From: Tetramitus jugosus
Lineage: Eukaryota; Protista; Heterolobosea
Reading direction: 5' to 3'
Length of the DNA stretch: 64,000 nucleotides
Assembly (NCBI GenBank): GCA_937625935.1
Contig: OW569352.1
Span: forward strand, 496,001-560,000
The translations under genes and the position numbers were made by a program. Below the pieces are notes generated by a model. It was not told the DNA's origin and did not search any database. It saw only the letters and a list, made by a program, of their open reading frames with translations. Positions 32,250 through 41,495 of this stretch are shown here, in pieces. Position 1 is the stretch's first letter, and each line of letters begins with the position of its first letter.

Positions 32250-33852
32250 CTACACTCTTGTCGTATCAGTTTGATTCGCATTTTTTTCTGCGCGTTCTTG
32301 TGCTTCCTTTTTGTACATCTTGTGCAACATCTTATCAAACATTGTCATAAACTGTTCAACGTCTTCTTTCTTGATTCCTATGGCACATGCTACTGTCAAG
32401 TAATGGTGGGGATAGTGATTCGTGTGAGAGCCATATCCCTCAAAGGTGATACCGGTAACTTCCTTTTTTACTTGCTTGGGTACGACTCTTATTCCTGAGA
32501 CGCCTCTATAGAACAATTGTGCTCCAAGTTGAGATGGATTGTCCAATTGATTCACTGTCATGGCAAACGAAATTGTGTTGCTGTTTGTTGTCAACAGTTG
32601 CTCGTTGTACTTTAGAGCTATTTCTTGCATTTTTGATTTGAAGAGAGGTAGAGTTTCCTGTGATGATGTAAATCGCGTAAATAGAGTGAAAGTCAGTACA
32701 TCATGAGCGCAATGCTTGAATCGTATTACACATCAAAGAAAGTGAACATACCATTCTTTGTTGGAGTAGATTGGTCCATTGATCAACACCCATAGACAGT
32801 AGAGTAATAAATAAATCGAGAATGGGTGTTATGGAGGCTCTGCCTGCATAAGTCGATGCAATACGATTCATGAACTGGATATTATTCGATGCAACGATGG
32901 AACCGCCCACAGGAACCATGAAGTTCTTGTCTGTACTCTGAATGAATGCATCCAATCGTCCCTGAGACATTGCCGCAGAGATTTGAGACATGGTTTTCTT
33001 GCATTGGACACCATAGGCGTTGTTCACAATGTGTCCAATGTCATACTTCTTGCACAGTTTGGATATGGCAACCACTTTGTCTGGTAGTCGAGGAGCAAAG
33101 CACGATGTCGTTGAAAGCACACACAAAATATTCTCAGCTCCCAATCTCTCAATCTGGAGCTCCATTTCAGCTAAATTCGTACATAATCCATCTTCATTCT
33201 CGTGATCTTGATGGCAATAGATATTTTCAATAACAATCGGTTCGAAGCCAGCTGTCTGTATACACTTTAAGCACGACTTTTGATCGATGCGGGACCATAT
33301 CACATACTTTCGCCTTGTTTCTGATCTGTGATCATCATCAGAGTTTTGAGCTTCACCTTGTTGTTGTTTCTGTTTTTCATGCAAGAATAGTGATCGTAAA
33401 ACAAGACTCAATGTCATTCCTGTGCACATGGGTACAACCAAACACTGTTTCACTTGCTGAACACCAGCCAATTTCAAAGCATGTTTCACCAAATGATTAC
33501 ACAGTGCCGATATGAGTGAACTACCGGATGCTTTTGGTTGATTCTCTGTCAAGTCTCCTGATCTTCCAACACCATGAGCCAAATAAAAGTGTCTTGATGC
33601 CACGAGAGAGCTAAACACTCTCCCTTCTCTCTCACCGACTCCTACAGTGTCCAATTGATTGTTACAGTCCATTTGAGACATTTGATCAATAAAAGCTTGA
33701 ATGCTCACATTGTCCCATCCCTTCTCTGGCATACACCTCTGAGAGAGCAACGTCTGAAAAAGTTTTTGTCTCTTTTTGATCGCCTGATGCGATTGATCAA
33801 TGTACTTTGCGTTGATCAAGGTGCTCGCTACCCGAAAGCTTTCATCGTTCAT
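32250..33852 (-). CDS. SEPSECS: O-phosphoseryl-tRNA(Sec) selenium transferase, 2 exons
   Basis: Exon1 33852..32752, exon2 32657..32250; GVGEREGR, HGVGRSGDL..QPKA.GSS, WSRIDQKSC, STTSCFAPR, HIVNNAYG, QSTDKNFMVPVGG, YLTVACAIG. Confidence 0.95.
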
Positions 33853-33973
33853 TGCTGTGTTCGTGTGGGCCTCGTTTTTTCTCCTCGATTTCCTTTCTTG
33901 AAAAGGGCGGGAAAACCTACTTGGCAACAACAAAAATTGTTTCACACGAGATAAGCACAAAGCATATCAAACA

Positions 33974-36900
33974 ATGCATCGTCACAAGATTCAAAGTCGA
34001 TCATTGTACCGACTGTTGCAGCAGAACCACTACCGCTCACCATCAACCACTCACGCTATTTTTTCAGCACAACTCCAACAAAGCTTTTCATCTTTCCATT
34101 GTCAACAACAGCAACAACAGCAACAACAACAGACAAGTGATGAGTCATCCACAGTCGTCAACAAAAAATATAGTCAAACACTCATCTTACCAAACACGAG
34201 CTTCTCCATGAGAGCCAACTCTGTTGAAACAGAGCCAAAGCTACAAGAGATTTGCTCCAAGCAACTGTACAAGTGGCAACAAGAAAATCTGAGTGATGAG
34301 AAAAAGTTTGTGTTGCATGATGGTCCTCCATATGCGAACGGCAGTCTTCACATGGGTCATGCACTCAACAAGATTCTAAAGGACTTTGTGAATCGATACA
34401 AGCTGTTGCGTGGTCACAAGATTCACTATATTCCAGGATGGGACTGTCATGGATTGCCTATTGAGATGAAAGCAATCCATCAGAATGAGTCCAGTGCAAA
34501 AATGTGTCCAACAGAGATTCGACGACTAGCTCGTGAATTTGCTGAAGAGGCAATCCAGAAACAGAAGAAGGATTTTGAGAGGTGGGGTGTGATGGGTGAT
34601 TGGGAGAATTACTATACGACGATGCACCCATTGTTTGAAGCAAAGCAATTGGAAGTTTTCTTGTCCATGTTTAACCAGGGTTATATTTACAGAGGAGCTC
34701 GACCAGTCTATTGGTCCCCTAGCTCAAGAACAGCACTGGCAGAGGCAGAACTAGAATATCCAGAGGCACACACTTCCAAATCCATTTACATCATCTTCCC
34801 TATTGTCGCTTCAGAGTCAACAAGCCAATTGTCTCATTTGACTCAATTGGAAGGAGGATTGAATGTTACCGTTTGGACCACTACGCCATGGACGTTGATG
34901 GCAAATGAGGCTGTGTGCTACAATAGCGATGTCAAGTACACTGTGCTGAAGTCTGTAAACAAACAATCGGGTAGTGTGAAGCACTTTTTGGTTGCTGATG
35001 AACTGTTGAGCAAGTTTATTGAAAAGACCCAATCCAAGTACGAATATTCAACAGTTGATTCACTTACAGGAAAGGATCTGGAGGGATATTTCTGTGAGCA
35101 TCCGTACATATCTGATAAGGTTGTACCTCTATTGCATGGCCCTCATGTCACAACCGAGATTGGTACTGGTTTTGTGCACACAGCGCCTGGTCATGGTATG
35201 GAGGATTTCCTTGTAGGTAAACAGCATAACTTGCCTGTAACTAGTCCAGTTGATGATGCAGGATGTTACTCATCAGATGTTATTCTAAAGGAGTTTGTCG
35301 GTAAGAATGTATTCACTGAGGGTAACGAGGGAGTTATTAAGATCTTGCAAGGTCATCCAGGCGAGAGACTCCTATTATTAGAGGACTATGTCCACAAGTA
35401 TCCATATGACTGGAGAACCAAAAAGCCTATATTGATCAGAACAACCAAGCAATGGTTTGCTGACTTGTCCAACCTGAAGGATACTGCTACTCAGGCAATT
35501 GGTAGAGTTCGTATGGTTCCTGAGGTTGGAAGACACAGATTAACCAGTTTTGTGAAGGCCAGAAGTGAATGGTGTATTTCTAGACAACGAGTGTGGGGTG
35601 TGCCTATCCCGGTGTTTTATAACAAGCATAATCCGGACGAGTTTTTAGCCACAGAGCCTAGCATTAGGCACGTAATCTCTCTATTCGAAAAGCATGGTGC
35701 TGACTGTTGGTGGAGCATGCCTATTGAAGAATTATTGGCTCCACAATACAGAAATGATGGAGTTGAGTATGTACGTGGAACTGACACGTTGGATGTGTGG
35801 TTCGACAGTGGAACAACATGGTATGGTGTTATTGAGAGACACGGAGAAAAAACACCAGTGGATATGTATTTGGAAGGATCTGATCAGCACCGAGGTTGGT
35901 TCCAGTCTTCTTTACTAACATCCATTGCACATAAGCAACAGGCACCATACAAGTCTGTTATCACTCACGGATTCGTTCTTGATGAGCACAATAGAAAGAT
36001 GTCCAAGTCTATTGGAAACATCTTTGAACCATCTACGATTGTTGATGGTAAATCTGAACAACAAATTCAGAGCGAAGTTCAACAGAATCAGGAGCAATCG
36101 ACAGCAGAAGAAGTGAATATGGATGAGCTCAGCGATCGAGAGAAGAAGAAGCTTTTGAAGAAATTACAGAAGCAGAAGGCCGCTGAGAAGAGGCACGCTA
36201 AAATGCAATCTCAATCGCCAGCCTATGGTGCAGATGTTCTCCGTCTTTGGGCCTCGCTGTTCGACTACACATCCGACGTGTCTATTAGTGATGATGTCAT
36301 TGCGAATGTATTCGAAACATTGAAGAAGATTAGAAATACTGAGCGTTTCTTATTGGGAAATATTGATGATTTCAGTGTTGAACAACGTGTACCTTATGAT
36401 GAGTTGAATTCTCTTGATAGGTATATGTTGCTGAAATTACTTGAGTTCCTAATTGATGTAGAGATGGAGTATGAGATGTTTGCATTCCACAAGGTTCATC
36501 AGTTGGTGGTTAACTTTACCTTTTCTATTTCATCATTCTATCTTGATGTGGTCAAGGATCGTTTGTACTTGGAGCCAAGAGCATCCAAGGCCAGAAGAAG
36601 CTGCCAGACTGTTCTTTCTTACATTTTTGAGAATTACAACAAGGTTATTGCACCAATTCTTTGTCATTTGGCTGAAGATGCATACCAGCACAGTTCAATC
36701 AAAACCAATGACAAACCATCCATGTTTACGACTGGATGGTACAACATAGATTCCAAGTGGAGTAATCATGCCATTAGACTCGATTGGGACCATATTATCA
36801 AATTGCGTCAGGAAATCTACAAATTAATTGAGCAAGCAAGAAGCGACAAGTTAGTTTCGACAGCATCTGAATGCCATATCGAAATTCAGGTCGAGTGTGA

Positions 36901-37186
36901 TGCCATGAACAAAGCATTGCAGGGATTGAAGTCTGGTGAGCTCGAAGAAGTGTTGATTGTGTCTCAAGTTGAACACTCGGGTGAACTCAAGGGCTTGATT
37001 TCCAAAGATGATGGTGCCTCAAAGTATACTGGTCAAATGACCACGGAGAGTGGTGGCTCAGTATTCATTCGAGTCTCACGTGCCAGGAACCATAAATGCC
37101 CAAGATGCTGGAAGCATGTTTCACCAGCTCCTGCTATTTTGTGCTCCCGGTGTGCGGATGTCGTAGCCCAAGAGTCCTACCAATAA
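33974..37186 (+). CDS. IARS2: Mitochondrial (bacterial-type) isoleucyl-tRNA synthetase
   Basis: LHDGPPYANG.LHMGH, PGWDCHGLPIE, WTTTPWT, WCISRQR.WG, EGSDQHRGWFQSS, KMSKS, C-terminal CPRCW..C.RC zinc finger; N-terminal presequence. Confidence 0.93.
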   Translation: MHRHKIQSRSLYRLLQQNHYRSPSTTHAIFSAQLQQSFSSFHCQQQQQQQQQQTSDESSTVVNKKYSQTLILPNTSFSMRANSVETEPKLQEICSKQLYKWQQENLSDEKKFVLHDGPPYANGSLHMGHALNKILKDFVNRYKLLRGHKIHYIPGWDCHGLPIEMKAIHQNESSAKMCPTEIRRLAREFAEEAIQKQKKDFERWGVMGDWENYYTTMHPLFEAKQLEVFLSMFNQGYIYRGARPVYWSPSSRTALAEAELEYPEAHTSKSIYIIFPIVASESTSQLSHLTQLEGGLNVTVWTTTPWTLMANEAVCYNSDVKYTVLKSVNKQSGSVKHFLVADELLSKFIEKTQSKYEYSTVDSLTGKDLEGYFCEHPYISDKVVPLLHGPHVTTEIGTGFVHTAPGHGMEDFLVGKQHNLPVTSPVDDAGCYSSDVILKEFVGKNVFTEGNEGVIKILQGHPGERLLLLEDYVHKYPYDWRTKKPILIRTTKQWFADLSNLKDTATQAIGRVRMVPEVGRHRLTSFVKARSEWCISRQRVWGVPIPVFYNKHNPDEFLATEPSIRHVISLFEKHGADCWWSMPIEELLAPQYRNDGVEYVRGTDTLDVWFDSGTTWYGVIERHGEKTPVDMYLEGSDQHRGWFQSSLLTSIAHKQQAPYKSVITHGFVLDEHNRKMSKSIGNIFEPSTIVDGKSEQQIQSEVQQNQEQSTAEEVNMDELSDREKKKLLKKLQKQKAAEKRHAKMQSQSPAYGADVLRLWASLFDYTSDVSISDDVIANVFETLKKIRNTERFLLGNIDDFSVEQRVPYDELNSLDRYMLLKLLEFLIDVEMEYEMFAFHKVHQLVVNFTFSISSFYLDVVKDRLYLEPRASKARRSCQTVLSYIFENYNKVIAPILCHLAEDAYQHSSIKTNDKPSMFTTGWYNIDSKWSNHAIRLDWDHIIKLRQEIYKLIEQARSDKLVSTASECHIEIQVECDAMNKALQGLKSGELEEVLIVSQVEHSGELKGLISKDDGASKYTGQMTTESGGSVFIRVSRARNHKCPRCWKHVSPAPAILCSRCADVVAQESYQ

Positions 37187-37561
37187 GAGCAGTTTAGATC
37201 AAGATCGGAATTCCAATCAAATATTTCCAATCAAATTGCCCAGAATAAACTGTCATTAAGAACAATTTCGCGGATCATCTCACTCTGCGCTCAACAACAA
37301 TCGGATCAAAAAGCCACCAGGTTTGCACTTGAAATGCACAGTTTTTGCAACTCCAAAATTGGGTCTCTTCTGAAACAGTTCTATCTCTGCCTACCCTGAG
37401 TGAAATACCAGAGAGACCAATCTTCCATCGCGCCTCTGAACACAAAAAACCAAGTTCATATATTTTGTAAGAGATCAAGGGTGATTGAATTGTAGAAGAC
37501 ATTGAATACGATATACTATCAGGAAATCAACCTATTCACCCGACAACATTTAGTACGTCGC

Positions 37562-40054
37562 ATGTTTAATTCTCAACTACTACCACAACGAGCGCAACAG
37601 CCACCTCAAAACTTTAGCAACAGTCATTCCAACAGTTCTCATACGAGTAATAGCTATCCGGATCCAACCAAGTATAATTCACAACGTGTTCCCATGACGC
37701 GAAGAGATTATGAGACGTATTGTCTCTATGATTCACTGCTGGATAAATCCTCAGAGGCTCGTGGCGTCAGAGATTACGACCGTGCACATGCATTTATCAC
37801 GAAAGCCATTCAATTACAACCTTATCGGTTCAAGGCATACTACAGGAGAGGTCTTCTCAGTTGGAAACACGGAAACATGATTGATACGTATAGAGCCATG
37901 AATCAAGCCATGTTCTTTTGCGAGTTTCCAGAGACTGTTCCTCACTGCACCTATTGGATGTTGCTATTCCGAGGGTGCATTGCCGAATTGGACAAGGATT
38001 TGAAAACGGCAGAACAAATGTACGGAGAAGCTATCGAATACGTTCAAAGCATTCAACAACAACAAACGATACAACCATTAGCTCACAACAACAAGGAATC
38101 AAGCCAAGCAGGAGAACAACATGAACAACGAGAACAACGAGCAGTTACCAGGGTAAGATCAATGTCAAGTTCTTCTTCTTCTGCTTCGTCATCACCGTCA
38201 GTCATGATGATACCACCTCCCAATTTTATCAACAGGAGAAGCAACAGCAATGACTCGTCTCATGAAGCTACTTCCCATGCGATACTACACAAAGAAGAGT
38301 TTGGTCACCACAACACACCTACGTCTTCCAAGCAGAGACTCCTTCATTTTATTCATCGGTCTCAAAAATCAATTATGAATCATCTTCACATACCAAGTCA
38401 CTCCAATGATGCCATGATAGTCGGTGAACACGAACAAGCCAGTAACAACATGAACGAAGAATCTTCTAAAGGTCCACAACCACTTTACATGACAATGTCC
38501 AACAAACAGAGTCACCATGAACAGGAGAGAGGAGTGAGATTTGAATCAGGTGATATTTCCAATGGAAAGAAGAGATTGAAGAGAGATTGGCGCAGTAGCT
38601 TACGGTCTTCTTTTTCTTCCTTTACATTTCATAACTCCGCTGCGGGAGATTACAACCACCATTCTCATTTTCACAGAGATGATGACAGTTCGGGCAGTTA
38701 TTCCAATAGTGACAGTGAAACAGAGTATGGAAGTCCCCTTCCAAAGAGAGAGGAAAGAGGAATAAGAAGGTTGACTGGGCGCTCAATGTCTCAACACGGT
38801 TCATTTGCCAAACGCTACAGAGACAAATACACTAGAAGAAATCAATTCAATGACGATTACGAAATGACTGACAGCAGCGATAGCAGTACATCAAGTTCCG
38901 AGTACTGTACCAGTGATGAAGAAGAAGATACAATGGTTGATGTTCAACCAATTGTTTCACCCGCAATGGTGCCAACAGACAACACAATGATGAATCAACC
39001 AACAACATCAGAGAGTCATTGTGAAACGAGAGAAGATAAAAAGGCAGAGTTCTATGAGTATCCACCAGGTGAAGGACCACTGACGGGATTTGAAGCTCAC
39101 TTGAATCTCGGTATCGTGAAAATGGAGATGATGGATTTTCAGGGTGCCATCTCCATGTTCTTACAGAGCTTACAGAAAACAGCAAAGTTGAATCTAGTGG
39201 CACTGTGCTACAATAATATCGCTTGTTGCTACGTGAGACAGATGAACGATACGCAAGCTCTGAAATTTTTCACAAAGGCAATTGAACTCTATCCGTACGA
39301 TGTATTGTTCTTTATCAATCGAATGAGAACGCACAGAAGACTGGAGCGGTACACAGAAGCACTGCGTGATTGTCGTACGGTTCTCTCGTTGACAAGACAC
39401 CCAAAAACAATGGCTGAAGCTTATGCGGATCAGGCTGATATTTTGAGAAAGGTGAAGAGAGCAGGTGGAGATCGAGCACTGTTGGCAATGCTGTCAGAAA
39501 ATGCAAGCTATGGTGATTATCAACACTTGACCAATTACAACTCGACAGCAGCTACAGCGATGACACTAGGCGGTTCAATGGGTGGCTCAATGTACGCGCC
39601 CTTCAACAGCGTTGTGGAAGATAGGAAGAGGAAAGAGAGGAATCATGAGTCGATATGTTCATTGTATGAGAGGAGCATAGCTTGTGATCCGAGCTATGAA
39701 TACAGCTATTTAATTCTGGCTGCCGTGTGTGCTGATCACAATCAAATGGACAGAGCAATCGATTGTTGTAACAGAGGCCTACGCAACTGCAGGAGTGACA
39801 ACTATCTGGGAAAACGTGAGCTGTTGAGAATCAGGGCAGCAGTTTATTCATTGTGCATTGCCAAGAAACCGATCCTCGCTCCTCCATCGAATCCGAGCTC
39901 ATCCACAAGAGATGAAACGTTTGAATTCAAGATGTCGGCTCCATCCAGCAATAACATACTGAAACTATCAGTACAAGAGCTGGCAGATCTAGAGAAGAAG
40001 GACCGAGCGTCGTACGAACTACTTCGATCAGAGGTTTATAGTAGGATCTGCTAA
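37562..40054 (+). CDS. TPR-repeat protein
   Basis: KAIQLQP..FKAYYRRG, AHLNLG, CYNNIA..KAIELYP, SYLILA..AIDCC; TPR clusters separated by an S-rich disordered region. Confidence 0.8.
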   Translation: MFNSQLLPQRAQQPPQNFSNSHSNSSHTSNSYPDPTKYNSQRVPMTRRDYETYCLYDSLLDKSSEARGVRDYDRAHAFITKAIQLQPYRFKAYYRRGLLSWKHGNMIDTYRAMNQAMFFCEFPETVPHCTYWMLLFRGCIAELDKDLKTAEQMYGEAIEYVQSIQQQQTIQPLAHNNKESSQAGEQHEQREQRAVTRVRSMSSSSSSASSSPSVMMIPPPNFINRRSNSNDSSHEATSHAILHKEEFGHHNTPTSSKQRLLHFIHRSQKSIMNHLHIPSHSNDAMIVGEHEQASNNMNEESSKGPQPLYMTMSNKQSHHEQERGVRFESGDISNGKKRLKRDWRSSLRSSFSSFTFHNSAAGDYNHHSHFHRDDDSSGSYSNSDSETEYGSPLPKREERGIRRLTGRSMSQHGSFAKRYRDKYTRRNQFNDDYEMTDSSDSSTSSSEYCTSDEEEDTMVDVQPIVSPAMVPTDNTMMNQPTTSESHCETREDKKAEFYEYPPGEGPLTGFEAHLNLGIVKMEMMDFQGAISMFLQSLQKTAKLNLVALCYNNIACCYVRQMNDTQALKFFTKAIELYPYDVLFFINRMRTHRRLERYTEALRDCRTVLSLTRHPKTMAEAYADQADILRKVKRAGGDRALLAMLSENASYGDYQHLTNYNSTAATAMTLGGSMGGSMYAPFNSVVEDRKRKERNHESICSLYERSIACDPSYEYSYLILAAVCADHNQMDRAIDCCNRGLRNCRSDNYLGKRELLRIRAAVYSLCIAKKPILAPPSNPSSSTRDETFEFKMSAPSSNNILKLSVQELADLEKKDRASYELLRSEVYSRIC

Positions 40055-40129
40055 CTGATGTCTCAGCACAGCTGTGTGGTTCCCACAGTGATCATAGTGG
40101 AAGTCAATAAAGAGCAATGAATATCCTTT

Positions 40130-41335
40130 TTATGTGTTTGCATTAGGCGTAACCTTGTCAACAATGATATACTCGTCATCCTCTGGATTATATCTAAAAC
40201 TATTGGAAACTTCTTCTGAAGGACTCTCGCCACCATGTTCATCCCCTTCATCTGGTCGAACATCCACACCAAAGTGTTTCAGTGTTTTTGCACATGATCT
40301 CCGTATCTCACTCCAATTCCGTACCTCTCTAGCAATATTGAGCGTAGCGAGTAGAGGATCCATCAACACGGGCTCACTTACTAAAGCATCACGAGACATA
40401 TTATACAATTCTTTCATATACTCTACAAACAAGGATTCCCATCGAACATCACTGCCCTGTTCTTGCACATTGCTCCGCACTTGCACAGCCAACACTTCCA
40501 AGAAGTATTCTGTCAATTCTTGATTGTTGTTGCACTCGCAACGCACCCAATATTTGACCATTCGCACCAACTTTTTCACGTCCGTTGATTGCGTCTGGTT
40601 CAACAAGTATTCGTTCCTCGATTCTGCAAGAGCTAGTGCATACATGGCCTTTGCTGTCTCATCCGATGAGAACGATAGGAGACTTGATGCGTTATGAAAC
40701 ATTGTACCAGACGGTACGAGAGACACGTGGAATGTGACATTCTTTGCCAACGAATAATATTTGATTTGATTGGGCAGAAGACCATAATGAACTTGATCAT
40801 CACCTCTCATACATCGATCCATCTTGCATGCACATTCATTGCCTCGTACAACCTTCTCACAGAATTCATCCACCCATTGTCTCATGACTCGATACTTGAC
40901 TATTGTATTATCATTCAATTCATTTGCTTCTTCTTCTTCTTCCTTTCGTTGAACAGCAATAGCAGCATTGTTGTTGTGCGACAAGAAACAGGTATCACAA
41001 TGATTGATACACATGTGCCAAACACGTGACTCACAGCCACTGTAGTTTACAAAAACAACAACGTGCACATCTCTGTTCTGAAAAATGGAGTTGCCTCTTT
41101 CGAGAGAGCCCCAACAGGCGACACGATGGACAGAGTAGGTATCTCCCTTGAATCTTTGCTCTATTGCGGATTGAAACCATGGAAACACTTGTTCTTTGAG
41201 CTCAATATTTGCTTCAATGCTTGGTTGAATATGTTCCAACACTTGATTCATATTTTGGCTTGTCAGATAGTCTGTGCTTGATTGATTGTCCATGGTTGTG
41301 GGCTTCTTGATCACTGATAACAGGGAAGACAGCAT
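40130..41335 (-). CDS. 2'-5'-oligoadenylate synthetase (OAS)-like nucleotidyltransferase-fold protein, degenerate active site
   Basis: WGSLERGNSI...RDVHVVVFVN; VKKLVRMVKYW; YFLEVLAV; PVLMDP..ATLNIA, the ordered OAS1 N- and C-lobe motifs. Confidence 0.7.
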   Translation of the reverse strand: MLSSLLSVIKKPTTMDNQSSTDYLTSQNMNQVLEHIQPSIEANIELKEQVFPWFQSAIEQRFKGDTYSVHRVACWGSLERGNSIFQNRDVHVVVFVNYSGCESRVWHMCINHCDTCFLSHNNNAAIAVQRKEEEEEANELNDNTIVKYRVMRQWVDEFCEKVVRGNECACKMDRCMRGDDQVHYGLLPNQIKYYSLAKNVTFHVSLVPSGTMFHNASSLLSFSSDETAKAMYALALAESRNEYLLNQTQSTDVKKLVRMVKYWVRCECNNNQELTEYFLEVLAVQVRSNVQEQGSDVRWESLFVEYMKELYNMSRDALVSEPVLMDPLLATLNIAREVRNWSEIRRSCAKTLKHFGVDVRPDEGDEHGGESPSEEVSNSFRYNPEDDEYIIVDKVTPNANT

Positions 41336-41495
41336 GACTAATGAGATACGTGGATGTTCTTGTTGTTTGAACTGTGTTTTTTTTTCGACGAGTATAAATA
41401 TTTGAGGGAAGGCGCAGAAACATCGATCAACTTGAATCTCCGTGACATGCAGTAAATCACAAACAATGAAAGATAACTACTTGAATCAATGGAAT

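Noticed and set aside
14928-37186. Co-occurrence of tRNA-Ile and an IleRS gene
   Set aside because: They are 19 kb apart, and the tRNA is cytosolic-type while the enzyme is mitochondrial-type; likely coincidence.
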